A stretch of DNA of 64,000 nt, from positions 40,114,001 to 40,178,000 of the forward strand of contig OZ024749.1 in NCBI GenBank assembly GCA_964016885.1, in the 5' to 3' direction. The notes beneath the pieces were generated by a model. That model had not been told where the DNA came from and made no database searches. It saw nothing but the letters and a program-made list of their open reading frames with translations. A program made the position numbers and the translations under genes. Every line of letters starts with the position of its first letter. Position 1 is the first letter of the stretch. Positions 1 to 16,722 of the stretch are shown here, piece after piece. The stretch is from Eledone cirrhosa (taxonomy: Eukaryota).

Positions 1-340
1 CACTGAAAATAAGGTTTGTGACAAAGAACTGAAGAAGTTTGAGAGATACAAACAAATCACTAGCATGGGAGATAAATCGTTTGTGGGCAATGAAAAAAGA
101 TTGAATTGATTCCAGTTGTAGATGGGGTGTTTTGGCACTGTGAGCACCAGAATTGAAAACCAATTTTTACTGGGGAGCCAACATCAAGATTGGAAGCCTA
201 CAGAAAACAACATTCCTTGAAACTGCCAGGATACTCAGAAAATGCTTGGCAATTCAAATGTGCAACTTCAGTCGACTGGTTGTTAACAACTGTCATCAGA
301 ATTTCATCACCAGCAACAAATGATATACGACAAGCGAATA
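1..340 (+). mobile_element. Degenerate 3' end of an R4/Dong-like (restriction-like endonuclease) non-LTR retrotransposon
   Basis: Frameshifted translation gives KELKKFERYK...EINRLWAMKK...IPVVDG...LQKTTFLETARILRKCL, matching the R4/Dong C-terminal motif (LQKxxLLGTARILRKxL); ends near AATAATAAT. Confidence 0.65.
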
Positions 341-530
341 ATAATTGTTTCTATTTTTTGGCACAAGGCCAGCAATTATCCCAGTACATTACTGGTACTT
401 TATTTTATCGACCCCGTAAGGATGAAAGGCAAAGTTAGCCTCGGCGGGATTGGAACTCAGGACGTAAATGGCCATAACTCCATGCTGCAAAGCATAGCAT
501 CCAACCCTCTACCGATACTGCCAATCTACC
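340..530 (-). mobile_element. tRNA-derived octopod SINE
   Basis: Reverse complement has A box TGGCAGTATCGG, B box GAGTTCCAATCC, body ctttgcctttcatccttacggggtcgataaaataaagtaccag and an AT-rich tail; many copies in the window. Confidence 0.9.
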
Positions 531-547
531 ACAATGATAAACAACAA

Positions 548-732
548 TAATAATTGTTTCTATTTCTGGCACAAGGCCAGCAATTACCCGCAGTGCATTA
601 CTGGTACTTTATTGTATCGACCCCGTAAGGACGAAAGGCAAGGCTAACCGCTGCGGGATCTGAACTCAGAACGTAAAGGGCCATAACTCTATGCTGCAAA
701 GCACGGTGTCTGACGTTCGACCGATACCGCCA
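548..732 (-). mobile_element. tRNA-derived SINE, tandem with the previous copy
   Basis: Same family sequence as 340-530. Confidence 0.9.
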
Positions 733-1060
733 AATAATAGTGGTGATGATGATAATGCTTATGATAATGACAACAACAGCGACGATGACGATTCCGACAA
801 TAAATTCAGGCTATATCCGGGTATTGAGAGAACTGGGATTTTGAGAGAGAGGAGGCTACACTCTAATTCCACCAATCAGCATGCAGCTTACGTAATATCC
901 AACACAGCATGGCTTCTGTCTATGAGTTGGCAGTGAGATGATTGTCTGCCATACACTGTTGTTCTATACATTTATAGCAACAGATATTTGGCTCTGTGTG
1001 TGTGTCATTTCGGTATCTTCTCGTCGCTTTCTTTATCTGTGAATTGTGTGTATATACGTT

Positions 1061-1095
<35 letters not shown>

Positions 1096-1148
1096 GTGTT
1101 TGTATACGTATGTATGTGCTTTTATATAAATATATGTGTGTGTGTATA

Positions 1149-1203
<55 letters not shown>

Positions 1204-1300
1204 GTATGTATATATGTATATAAGTATGTAAACATAGTATATATGAATATATATGAATATATATACATGAATATTTGTATGTATACATATATATATATAT

Positions 1301-1487
1301 TAGAAAGTGAGCTTTTTTTACAAAATGAAAAATAACAAGTGAAAGTATAAAGAAAAAAAGATGAAATCGAAAATGCAACTGGAGTCTTATTTTTAAAAAT
1401 ATATATATATTTATTTGGTTCCTTTACCGGTTTCGCAGTTCTTCTGCTTTTCAAAAGTAGAGTTGAGATGGAGGGTCTGTGGTTTTT
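1301..1487 (-). mobile_element. (TA)n-embedded PLE-like remnant, family B
   Basis: Shares sequence with 4035-4243 and 54642-54740; flanked by (TA)n; contains an HHR motif. Confidence 0.7.
1422..1457 (-). ncRNA. Minimal type I hammerhead ribozyme, U3-A8 core variant
   Basis: Minus strand reads CUU-UUGAAAA-GCAG aagaa CUGC-GAAA-CCGG-UA-AAG: 3-bp stem I, 4-bp stem II, palindromic ACCGGU stem III, GUA site. Confidence 0.7.
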
Positions 1488-1588
1488 ATATATATATATA
1501 CATATATTTTGGCACGGATCCCCAATTGATTAATATCTAGGCATTTATAAATATATATACTTTTTTATTAATTAGTTGTCGTCTACTG

Positions 1589-1589
<1 letters not shown>

Positions 1590-1652
<63 letters not shown>

Positions 1653-1684
1653 CAACATTAGTAGTAACAACATTAGTAGTAGTG

Positions 1685-1735
<51 letters not shown>

Positions 1736-1839
1736 TGACAGTTCTGATGTATGACATGTCCAGGTCTGTTAATCGTGGAAGAGCTCATTATTGTCCACGT
1801 CTGTCCAGTTTTCTTAAGGGAGAGAAAAAAGAGAGGGGA

Positions 1840-1882
<43 letters not shown>

Positions 1883-2140
1883 GGAAAGAAAGAAAGAAAG
1901 GAAATGAAAGAAACAAACAAACAAACAAAGAAAAAGAAAGATAGAAAGAAAATAAGAAAGAAGAAAGAAAGAGATAGAGAAAGAAAGAAAAAAAGAAAGA
2001 AAGAAAGAAAGAAAGAAAGGGAACGAAAGAAAGAACGAAAGGGAGAAAGAAAGAAAGATAGAAAGAAACAAAGAAACAAAGAAAGAGTCAAAGAAAGAAA
2101 GAAAAACAAACAAACTAAAAGAAAGAAAAAGAAAAAAAAT
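1590..2140. repeat. (TAG)n followed by (GAAA)n microsatellites
   Basis: Directly visible simple repeats. Confidence 0.95.
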
Positions 2141-2454
2141 GGACGCCAGTAATCGTCTGGTGCTTTAATCCATCTGGAAAAGATGGAAGACAGTTTGAAC
2201 TGAAAGAAATACTGGCCAACTATGCTGCTCGACGTTCTAACTGGACGGTCATAGTTGGAAAACCTTAGATCAAACGACAATAGCAACTTTCAGGACAAAT
2301 ATAATGTATCATATCAGAATAATTTATCAATATTTCATCTTTAGTTTTGTTTAATTATTTAATTATTTTAAATTTTTCAAACGTTAGAAAAATATTTTGA
2401 TTCGGCCATTATATTTTATAGCCTTTTCAATATATTTCATGTCAACCTTTGAAG

Positions 2455-2710
<256 letters not shown>

Positions 2711-2819
2711 TTCTCTCTCTCTCCATATATATATATATATATATAAATATACACATATATGTATACATATACGTATATGTGTATATATACATACACACAC
2801 ACATATATATATATATATT

Positions 2820-2868
<49 letters not shown>

Positions 2869-2994
2869 GTATTCACACATTTCGTAATATACTCTGTAAA
2901 ATGACGCTAATTTTTTCCTGTTAGATAAATGCAATTAAAACTTGGAAAACATTATTCTATCTTCATTGACATGAAATCTGTTATTCTTTTATCC

Positions 2995-3275
2995 TCATCA
3001 CCATCATCATCATCATCATCACTATCACCATCATCATCTTCATCATCATCAGCATCATCATCATCATCATCACCATCATCGTCATCATCATCATCACCGT
3101 CATCATCACCACCACCATCATCAACCCCGTCATCATCACCATCATCACCATCATCATCATCATCCCCGCCATCATCACCACCACCATCACCACCATCATC
3201 ATCATCACCACCATCACCACCATCATCATCATCCCCATCATCACCACCATCATCATCATCATCCTCGTCATCATC
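2995..3275. repeat. (CAT/CAC)n microsatellite
   Basis: Visible trinucleotide repeat. Confidence 0.95.
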
Positions 3276-3934
3276 AGCCCTGAATCTTGGTAATGTGAAA
3301 TTTTTTTTTTATATTTTTTTTTTTGTAAATTGTGCTTTATTCCTATATTTTTCTTTGTTGTACATAATATTTGTTAAAGTTTAGTAACCATATAACATAT
3401 ATGTTCTGTATAGATTTTCAGTTTTTGTTCTGTATTTGTATACATCGTGAATATTTTGCCCCAGCATGACCTTATCCGTGATAATTTCTAAAAAAAAAAA
3501 ATTTTAAACACACTAAAGAACATCTTTAAAACAAAAACACGTTTCACTATAGAAATTATTTCTGGTTTTCAATCCATTCCCAAATCCTATTTCGAAATCT
3601 TTGTATTTGGATAATTTTATCCGTTCCTTTCAGAGATACATTATCGTCTGTTTGTGACTGATACTTCAATCAGGAGACACTTCCGTTCTCGTGGTCATCC
3701 TTTTCAACAATATCCGGTTGCTTTGCTTTGATCTTTCTTGTTAGTGTGAATTGTTGATGAAGCGCATAGTTATTGCTGTTCTATCATTCACTGAGAATTT
3801 TTATTTCTGTGAGTTTCTGTATGAGTGGGACCATGTGTTTGTGTGGGTGCTTGTGTGTGTCGATATTGGTGTGTGTTTCTATGTGTGTTTGTGTGTTTTT
3901 TTTCGGTGTGTATGTTTGTATGTGGTTGGGTATG

Positions 3935-3997
<63 letters not shown>

Positions 3998-4034
3998 ATA
4001 ACAATAAATTTGAAGATTAAAATCCAAAGATATA

Positions 4035-4243
4035 TATAAAGATAAAAAAGATGAAATCGAAAATGCAACTGGAGTCTTATTTTTTAGAAATATATATATA
4101 TTTATTTGGTTCAAATAAATATATATATATTTTTTTTAAATAAGACTCCAGTTGCATTTTCGGTTTTATCTTTTTTTCTTTATACTTTCACTCGTGTAGG
4201 ACACCTCGGTTATTTTTCATTTTGTAAAAAAACCTCACTTTCT
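4035..4243 (+). mobile_element. Family B PLE-like remnant with 5' inversion (hairpin + tail)
   Basis: gaaaatgcaactggagtcttat is inverted as ataagactccagttgcattttc, then a tail ends at (TA)n; same family as 1301-1487. Confidence 0.7.
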
Positions 4244-4278
4244 AATATATATATATATATATATTAATATATATATAT

Positions 4279-4434
4279 TAAAATAAGGGTGATGAAAGCA
4301 GTGATTCTTTGCTTAAACTTTAATCTGTTATTTTAATAAATATTTGCTCTACGGTTTTTATATATATTTATGTATATATATTATCCTTATGGAGCCCTGT
4401 TCTGATTTTAGTCTTCACATTTAAGATTATTACT
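4279..4434 (+). mobile_element. (TA)n-embedded element, family G
   Basis: Segments recur at 3993-4030, 12721-12790 and 58580-58652, always abutting (TA)n; no complete HHR seen. Confidence 0.55.
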
Positions 4435-4438
4435 ATAC

Positions 4439-4530
<92 letters not shown>

Positions 4531-4547
4531 ATGTGTGTGAGTTTATG

Positions 4548-4643
4548 TTTAAACTGCATCTCTTCTGTTGGCGACGTCACTTCTGGTGTACGAAGTTTAA
4601 ACTGCATCTCTTCTGTTGGCGACGTTACTTCTGGTGTACGAAA
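4548..4643. repeat. 48-bp tandem duplication
   Basis: tttaaactgcatctcttctgttggcgacgt(c/t)acttctggtgtacgaa x2. Confidence 0.9.
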
Positions 4644-5245
4644 GCCCCAGCTGTGCCATACCTCTAGACGTATTCTGTCATAGCTGTGACTGATTAGCCA
4701 TAGAGAACTTTGGTAATTGTTGTTGTTTATTTTCACCAACCCCATCCTCAACATATTCTATAGTTATTTAATGTACAAATTCTGCATTAATCTAGACATC
4801 TTTGTGTTGTCTTTGGCAGTAAGCTTTTCACCCTGACCGAAAAACACACATATTTCTTTCTCTCTTGATCTAAGCTTTAATTCTTGAACCTTTCAACCAT
4901 CGCTGAGAATTTTCTGAAGCTATTGATAAATTATTACTCAGTATCTCAGTTACTGACCACCAGGTGGCTTTACTCTGAGGACTCGGCGATTCATTCGATA
5001 CCGCTGTGAGAAAACACTGCTTTATAGAACGACGCCCTAGTGTTGACATTCCACTGACTATAATGTACCTGAGGACATGCCAGAAAACTAGATTTGGTCT
5101 TTATTTGACTGCTGACCACACATGCATACACAAACACACACGCACATACGCACACACATATACATACACATATATATATATATATATACACATATACATA
5201 TCTATAACATACATATATATATATACACATATACATATCTATATC

Positions 5246-5348
<103 letters not shown>

Positions 5349-5835
5349 AAAAGAAGAAGAAGAAGAAGAAGAAGAAGGATGGGGCATGAGGAGAGGGGGA
5401 GAAGAAGAACTGTTGTTTGTAGACTGTCAGACTCCATCGACAACTCTTTTCTAGCAACCATGTTGAAGTACCCAATTGCCTCGCTGCTTCCGCCATTTTT
5501 ATCGCTAGTCTTATGTAATATTTTATCTTTCGTTCTCTTTCAGTCCATCTTCTCTTTCTCAACTCTTTCCTTCTTTCTTCTATTCCTTCTTAATTTGCTT
5601 CTTTGATTGGCTCTTATCCTTTCTATAATATAAACTCTATACTGTTTTGTTATTATTTATATTTATGTTGGTTTTTGTTGCAATGGTTGTTTGCGTTGAT
5701 TTCTCTATTTAATTCTGTATTCTTCGAAATATTTATTCTTCATTTATTTTAGACGTGGCACTAACATAGCGTAGTTCATCAGATGGATGTATATGAAAGC
5801 ATATACGATATGTTTATGCATACAATATATAATAT

Positions 5836-5867
<32 letters not shown>

Positions 5868-5875
5868 ATGTAATA

Positions 5876-6790
5876 TAATTGTTTCTACTTTTGGCACAAG
5901 GCCAACAATTATCCCAGTGTATTACTGGTACTTTATTTTATCGACCCCGTAAGGATGAAAGGCAAAGTTAACTTCGGCGGGATTTGAACTCAGTCTGTAA
6001 AGGGATAATATAATGTAATATAATATAATTGTTTCTACTTTTGGCACAAGGCCAGCAATTACCCAGTACATTACTGGTACTTTATTTTATCGACCCCGTA
6101 AGGATGAAAGGCAAAGTTAATACCTCGGCGGGATTTGAACTCATATTGTAAAGGGACGGAACTCTTTGCATCAAAGCATGGCGTCCGACCCTCTACTGAT
6201 ACTGCCAATCCACCGAATATAATATAATATAATATAATATAATTGTTTCTACATTTGACACAAGGCCAGCAATTATCCCAGTGTATTACTGGTACTTTAT
6301 TTTATCGACCCCGTAAGAATGAAAGGCAAAGTTAACCTCGACGGGATTTGAACTCAGACCATAAAGAGACGTAACTATGCTGGAAAGCATGGTGTCCGAC
6401 CCTCTACCGATACTGCCAATTCTTTACTATAGACACAAGGCCGGCAATTTTGGAGGAGGGAAAAGTCGAATAAATCGACCCAAGTGCATTACTGGTACTT
6501 TTTTTTATCGACTCAGTAAGGCTGAAAGGCAAAGCTAGCCTCGGTGGGATTTGAACTCAATATAATATAATATAATATAATATGATATGATATAATATAA
6601 TATAATTGTTTCTACTTTTGGCACAAGGCCAGCAATTATCCCAGTGTATTACTGGTACTTTATTTTATCGACCCCGTAAGGATGAAAGGCAAAATTTACC
6701 TCGGCGGAATTTGAACTCAGAATGGAAAGGAGCGTAACTCTATGCATCAAAGCATGGCGTCCAACCCTCTACCGATACTACCAATCCATC
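5876..6790 (-). mobile_element. Cluster of 5 same-orientation SINE copies, some partial, interspersed with (TATAA)n
   Basis: Copies at about 5876-6005, 6026-6215, 6239-6421, 6422-6560 and 6602-6790. Confidence 0.9.
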
Positions 6791-7086
6791 TAAGACTACT
6801 GGTTACTGTTTCTCAGTATCAACTAAGGCTGAGTAATCAAGGTCTGATTATGGCTTTAACTATTGAGCGAGTCATAACGATAGCTTCAAAAAAAGGCAAT
6901 GTTTAGTCGACTCGATACCGCACGCCATGGGAGGCCAGTGGTTTACTAACAAGCCTATTTTTCATAGCAAGGCTAAACATATGTTTGTTATAATATCACC
7001 ATAAAGTTAGCTGCAGTTTAAATATCACATATGCTAGGACGTTGTTCTAATTAATTAAGAAATAAGCATACACACAAAGTACACAC

Positions 7087-7151
<65 letters not shown>

Positions 7152-7271
7152 TAAATATTAACACACATATAAACACACATATATATATATATGTTTATAT
7201 ATATTAAAACCGTGTTTCATTAGAAATACGAAATTTCTATACATATTTATATATATATATATATATATATA

Positions 7272-7322
<51 letters not shown>

Positions 7323-7323
7323 G

Positions 7324-7373
<50 letters not shown>

Positions 7374-7672
7374 TGTATTATACAGCAGACATCTAAACAT
7401 AAATATATACACACGTATTTACCATCAAGACAGGAGGAGCAGATTTCATTAAGAGATCTACATTGATTGTTATGGCAGATAGTTTCTGGTTAACTCTCTA
7501 TCTACTTCCTGTGTGTGTGTGGTGGAGGGCAAGAGGAGAGGGAGGTGGTGTTGGTGGTGATGGTGATGGTGGCGGTGGCGGTAAGTTGATGTTTGGTTGA
7601 CTGTGCTGTTATTGGTGGCGGTGGAACAGAGAGAAAATAGAAGCTAGTGAGAGGGTGAGTAAATACATATGT

Positions 7673-7709
<37 letters not shown>

Positions 7710-7878
7710 TATATATATATATATGTTTGTGTGTGTGTGTGTGCGTGTGTGTGTGTGTGTGTGTATATATACATGTTTGTGTGTGTGTGTACACATTTGC
7801 ATGTACTTTATATACTTATCTATAAGTAATTTTCATAAATGTAAATGTACAGTAACATTCTGATATATATATATACAT

Positions 7879-7960
<82 letters not shown>

Positions 7961-8103
7961 CAGGATTTTACCAGTTTTAAACCTGTATGTCTATTATTTG
8001 GCAGAGTATTAGATACTTGGGATAGTCAAGTGTGACTGCATCGAGGCCCGACAGCTGATCTCAAAACGGCAAGAGCTCAGCCGTCTGGCCCAGACTGTTT
8101 CTA
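7961..8103 (-). mobile_element. Divergent family A PLE-like remnant
   Basis: cccgacagctgatctc inverted against aaacggcaagagctcagccgtc, plus a tail-like segment. Confidence 0.5.
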
Positions 8104-8410
8104 ATACACACACACACACACACACACAAAAACCGAATAACTATGTGTCTACTCAACATTACCTGTTGAGTACCTGTTGGGATGCAACCGGTACTAGCGG
8201 TGAAACCCATGCTAGTCCCGTCAACTTATTATATATATGTATATAGATAATATTAAAGATACTATTTATAGTTATGTATATACTAAACTATAAACAACTA
8301 TAAACAGGAAAGGTCAGTAATTTATTACTAGCTCATTACCAATAAGATAAATAGCTCAATATAAGAACATCAGTTGCTTTACAGATCAATAATATTCAAT
8401 ATATATATAT

Positions 8411-8470
8411 AGGAAAAGAGTCAGGACGCCGACGGCTGAGCTCCGGCCGTTTCGACAGCTAGGTCTGAAC
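8411..8470 (-). mobile_element. Family A fragment carrying the HHR 3' half
   Basis: Reverse complement gttcagacctagctgtcGAAACGGCcggagctcaGCCGTC; starts at (TA)n. Confidence 0.75.
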
Positions 8471-8559
8471 AATAACACATTCAAGCACACCCGCATACAA
8501 GCAAATACATATTCACAAGCATACACTCTCAGACATACCTACAGGCATATACACATGCA

Positions 8560-8659
8560 ATCACTCAAACACACGCTCACAGACAAACACATACAGACAT
8601 ATAGACAGACAGGTACGCAAATCACAATCGCATTCACACACATACACACTCACACACAT

Positions 8660-8694
<35 letters not shown>

Positions 8695-9340
8695 ATCCCA
8701 AACACACAATCACACACAAATGCAAGCACAAGTATTTATAATCACATACACACACACACACAAACATACACACAATCATACACAAATGCAAACACACGCA
8801 TACGTAATCACATACACACAACCACACGCAAATACAAGCACAACTCTACAGAATCACACACTCATACACACAGTCATACATGAATGCAAGCACCCGCATA
8901 CATAATCACACACACACACACACACACGCGCACACACACACACACACAATCCCAAACACTCAATCACACTCACATGCAAAGCACAAGTGTACATAATCAC
9001 ACACATACACACACAAAGATGCGCACAACCGCACACAAACACAATCACAAGTGTACTTAATCACATACACACACAAACATACACACAGTCATACACATAT
9101 GCAAAAATGCAAGTACACGCTTACTTAATCACATACACACACAAACACACACACAAACATACACACAGACACACACAAATGCAAGTACACGCTTACTTAA
9201 TCACATACACACACAAACACACACACAAACATACACACAGACACACACAAATGCAAGCACACGCTTACTTAATCACATACACACACAAACACACACACAA
9301 ACATACACACAGACATACACAAATGCAAGCACACGCATGA
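8560..9340. repeat. CA-rich degenerate minisatellite with ~72-bp tandem units at 9113-9337
   Basis: Repeated aaatgcaagtacacgcttacttaatcacatacacacac units; 24-aa period in the ORF track. Confidence 0.85.
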
Positions 9341-9631
9341 ATTACACACATGTACGCCACAGACGTTAAATCACCATGAACGTCGACGTGTCGATAGCGG
9401 TGACGGTGACGACGGCATCGGAAGCATAATGCAATAGAAGATAATGATATTGCCGTGTGGATAGTATTTCTGGCTGAAATAGTATTATTTCTGTCCTATA
9501 GGAGATTTTTCTTTCCTATCTACCACATCAATCAAAGACTTACAACTGGCTATGTAATCGAAACCGCTTAAATGTCTTGTCAGATAGCATCATTCGCTTT
9601 GCTTCAACTTCAAGCTAAAATCATCTGCTCA

Positions 9632-10367
<736 letters not shown>

Positions 10368-10671
10368 GTGAAAAAGAAATCTTTGAGAATGTAGATTATA
10401 TTTAAATAAATTGAATTTATTTTTTGTTTTCTTACTTAATATTTCGATCATAAAATATCCTAATCAGGAAGAAACAGGAAATTACATCGCAACAGAAATC
10501 AGATTCAGTTCATTTGATGGGTGTAGACAGTGTGTGACACAACAGTATGTCAGGAGAAATCGTATTTATTGATCGTTGATCGAAGGTCTGATTTTCTTAA
10601 CATCATCTCAGGCCGACCATATTGATAAAAGTAAAATTCTTTATCGTCATTTATAGTTCTTGTGTCTAGAA

Positions 10672-11040
10672 GAGTGATTCTCAAACGTGAGGTACTTTGT
10701 TCTCAGGGGAGGAATTTTATATCCCTGAAGAGGAATTTCAGGCAAGGGAGGAATTGGAGCAAAATGTTACTCAGGAAAGGAATCCGAACTAGTAAGGAAT
10801 AGTATATATTGAGAATACATCAAATGTAATACTAATATTAGGGTTTTATAATTAAAATAAACTGCTGCTTCAGATATATTCCCGTTTAGGGATCTACAAA
10901 TATTGGGGTTTGAAAATGTTACTCGTGTTAATAAGGTATTCGAGTGGAAAATTACTAGATTATAATTGAAAATGGCGAGGAATGGAGTAAATCTGAGACC
11001 GCAAAAGGAAGGATATGACCTGAGACTCTGAGAACTACTG
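10672..11040. mobile_element. hAT (Charlie-like) MITE
   Basis: Imperfect TIRs gagtgattctcaaac / ctgagaactactg; left flank gtctagaa resembles the hAT NTCTAGAN target. Confidence 0.5.
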
Positions 11041-11298
11041 AACTAAAGTGAAAAGTATTCAGTCGATACACACATATATATACACACACAGACACACACA
11101 CATATATATATATACATATATATATTTATATATATATACATGTGTGTGTGTACGTATATTATGTACGTTATTTATTTGAATGATTAATCATATTAGATAG
11201 ACACATACATATACATAATTTCGCACTCACGCATGTGTTCATATGTACACACATACACATGTTTATATACATATATACAAAGATATATTTATATTTAT

Positions 11299-11429
<131 letters not shown>

Positions 11430-11473
11430 CACACAATATACACATACAGACACACATATATATATATAGATAT

Positions 11474-11551
<78 letters not shown>

Positions 11552-11876
11552 ATCTATATATATATATATGTGTGTCTGTATGTGTATATTGTGTGTATAT
11601 ATATATATATATATGCACAAAAAGCACTCAGATGCACACATGTTGACTGTCAATACAGGAGATATCTCTAATGTTCCATTGACCATTCACTGACCAATTC
11701 AGCTTGACACATGTCTTATTGAATAGTCAGACAAATGACATTTATATCTTCACATTATGTTTCTCGCTTTTTCTCTTTCTTTTTCCTCATTTCCTTTTTC
11801 TCTATCTCTCTCTCTATATATATATATTTATTTATATCTATCTACCAATCTGTCTATCTATATTTCTGTGTATCAA

Positions 11877-11921
<45 letters not shown>

Positions 11922-11927
11922 TATTAT

Positions 11928-11976
<49 letters not shown>

Positions 11977-12077
11977 CAATCAGTCAACAGCAGTAAGAAA
12001 TAATCTAATCTGATTATTATTCTATTGGGATTTTCGAGTTCATTTCTCAACTGTTTGTGTAAGAGTAACGATATGTA

Positions 12078-12129
<52 letters not shown>

Positions 12130-12132
<3 letters not shown>

Positions 12133-12688
12133 TAAAAACAATGAAATAAAAACAAAGAACAACTTCCTTATATTAAAAAATTCATCATTTTACGATCGTT
12201 TCGAGGATGTATATGTGTGTTGGTATGTATATCATATAAATCTATGTAAATATATTGCAAATTATCAGAGGAAATATACATACCTTCACATATACATGCT
12301 GTCTTCAGAAATATACGTACCTTCACATATACATGCTGTCTTCAGAAATATACATACCTTCACATATACATATCTTCAGAAGACAGCATGTTTATGTGAA
12401 GGTATGTATATTTCCTCTGATAATTTGTAATATTTTTACATAGATCTATATGATATACATACCAACACACATATACATCCTCGAAACGATCGTAATATGA
12501 TGAATTTTTTAATATAAGGAACTTGTTCTTTGTTTTTATTTCATTGTTTTTATTAATTTATCTTGACTCTGTTTTCCTATGATTTTTATCGAAAATTTTT
12601 GAATGCACCTTCTCTTTTCATGATATTTGGATTACATTGAGTTCTTCATACGGATTGGACACTACCGTATATTTTGGTTGATTTATCT

Positions 12689-12692
<4 letters not shown>
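12130..12692 (+). mobile_element. Family D PLE-like element: large inverted repeat + tail inside (TA)n
   Basis: 12130-~12306 is the reverse complement of ~12378-12555; internal 37-bp triplication; ~135-bp tail ends at (TA)n. Confidence 0.8.
12187..12312 (-). ncRNA. Type I HHR with extended stem II (partly degenerate)
   Basis: AUUU-CUGAAGA-CAGCAUGUAUAUGUG...CACAUAUACAUCCUC-GAAA-CGAUCG-UA-AAAU; palindromic stem III; two C-C mismatches at the base of stem II. Confidence 0.55.
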
Positions 12693-12724
<32 letters not shown>

Positions 12725-12794
12725 ATAATAATAAATTTGAAGACTAAAATCCAAAGAGGGCTCGATAAGGATAAATATATATCAAATATATAAG

Positions 12795-13006
12795 AACCGA
12801 CATCCAGAGTTGACATTGCACTCAGTGCTCCTTTGGGAGCCTCTACATGGACACACTAGAAGAGGAAGACCAAGGTTAACGTATGTTGATGCCCTAAGGA
12901 CAGACACTGGTCTGTTGGAGACGCAGGACATGGCAGCGATAATGAGGGACAGAGACCGCTGGAGAGAACTCGTCCATGGATCTCGGGAATTTTACCCGCC
13001 TTAGAA
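12795..13006 (+). mobile_element. RTE-clade LINE 3' fragment
   Basis: LLWEPLHGHTRRGRPRLTYVDALRTDTG...MRDRDRWRELV matches the RTE C-terminal GRP...DR..WR motif. Confidence 0.85.
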
Positions 13007-13740
13007 TAGAATATATATATATATATATATATATAGGATTTAGCTTCAAGCATAGCTGTATACAGATATGTATAAAAATTTCGTATTTCTAAAGAAACAC
13101 GTTTACAGCATGTTTACAGGCTAAAATATCACCCACAGCAGCGGAAGAGAACCCAGAAACACGTGGCTGGGGGGTGCTAACAGGTGAAACGATACCGTCA
13201 TGACTACGCCTATATTTATATATTTATTCATTCGCTCATTTTAAATTACAACTGTCATGGCGTCTCTGATTCAAATATAAATTCTACCTCAGTATTTCTA
13301 TCTTTAAAAAAAGTTACCAATGAAACGAGAGTGTATTAGTCCGCTGTTTAAATGACATTCGTGTCTATTTGACCGGGTAGTAACCGCCTGTGACGCAACA
13401 GTTTTGAGATTAATATAGATTTATCGATCTGCCCATCGAATTTCGATACAGCAACATGAATGACTAAGATTTTTTGTTTATGGTTGACGTATCAAGCATG
13501 AACAAATAAATGTTCTTTAGATTAAAAGAATAATTATTTACATTGTCAGGGTTTTTTTATTTATTCAAATACGCTTCGCAACATAGTTATATATAATATA
13601 TATGTACATACATATATAATATATAATATATATATATATACATACATATATATATGTGTGTGTGTGTGTGCGCGCGTGCGTGTATGTGTGTGTGTGTGTG
13701 TTGTATACATAAATATGTTTATATATATATATATATATAT

Positions 13741-13940
13741 AGGAACAAGTAAGACCCCGACGGCTGAGCTCAAGCCGTTTCGACGGCTAATTCTCGCTAA
13801 TCCCAGAATTAGCCGTCGAAACGGCTTGAGCTCAGCCGTCGGGGTCTTATTTGTTCCTATTATTACCCACTCTACTACCCTAAGTATTGAGTACTTTGGT
13901 GCGTTATGGTCCACCTGGTTCCTTACCACTTTTCCTTCGT

Positions 13941-13942
<2 letters not shown>
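13741..13942 (+). mobile_element. Family A PLE-like element (inverted pLTR + pLTR + tail) in (TA)n
   Basis: ~54-bp inverted arm, HHR 3' half GAAACGGCT-tgagctc-AGCCGTC, tail acccactctactaccctaagtattgagtactttggtgcgttatggtccacctgg. Confidence 0.85.
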
Positions 13943-13982
<40 letters not shown>

Positions 13983-13987
<5 letters not shown>

Positions 13988-14175
13988 AGTTTAACCCGGG
14001 TTCAATCGGGGGTAACCACAGTAAGTAAGGTACTCAATACATGGCAGAGTATCAATATTTAATATAGAAATGTCTTCTACAGGACTAGAACTGTTTCATT
14101 CGGGAGAAATCATCAGGAAGCCGATGTTGGTTTCTCCTGGATGAAACAGTTCTAGTACTGTAGAAGCCATACAGT

Positions 14176-14178
<3 letters not shown>
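13983..14178 (-). mobile_element. Family F PLE-like element in (TA)n
   Basis: Tail + HHR + inverted partial HHR, flanked by (TA)n on both sides. Confidence 0.75.
14074..14120 (-). ncRNA. Type I hammerhead ribozyme
   Basis: CUUC-CUGAUGA-UUUCUCCCGAAU-GAAA-CAGuucuagucCUG-UA-GAAG: 4-bp stem I, short stem II, 4-bp stem III, GUA site. Confidence 0.75.
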
Positions 14179-16127
<1,949 letters not shown>

Positions 16128-16264
16128 TGCTTCTTTAAAAGTAAGTGTATGCTTTTCGTTTTGATTTTCACACGCTCTTGCACACATATAGTTATATTTA
16201 CATACATACAATCAAATAAAAGCTGATATACCCCCACCCAAACACACACATACACACACACACT

Positions 16265-16295
<31 letters not shown>

Positions 16296-16444
16296 TTGCA
16301 TTGAAAGAATATCCAAAGACATGTCAGTAAAAGACATTTCTACTGTCAGGTTACAGTAAAACTCAATTAGATTTCTTTTAAGCTATAAAAACCTTGCACT
16401 GATTGCAAAAACCTGTATCACAAAGACTATATATATATATATAT

Positions 16445-16478
<34 letters not shown>

Positions 16479-16646
16479 TTTAAATATTTATATATATATA
16501 TATTTATATTTTAAATATTTATATATATATATATATATATAAATACGTATATATACTTATATATATAACATATAAGAATATAATCGGTATCTATACACAT
16601 ACATACCTATAAACATAAGGTGTATATATATATATATATGCATATA

Positions 16647-16722
<76 letters not shown>

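Noticed and set aside
892-963. Minus-strand exon with an FHA-like peptide ([17 protein letters not shown])
   Set aside because: Poor polypyrimidine tract and GR-to-HA spacing too short for an FHA domain.
8163-8193. HHR-like CTGTTGA...GCAACCGGTA
   Set aside because: Two core mutations and a weak stem II; cannot be supported alone.
13110-13205. HHR 3' half GAAACGATACCGTC
   Set aside because: No recognisable CUGANGA upstream and single copy in the window.
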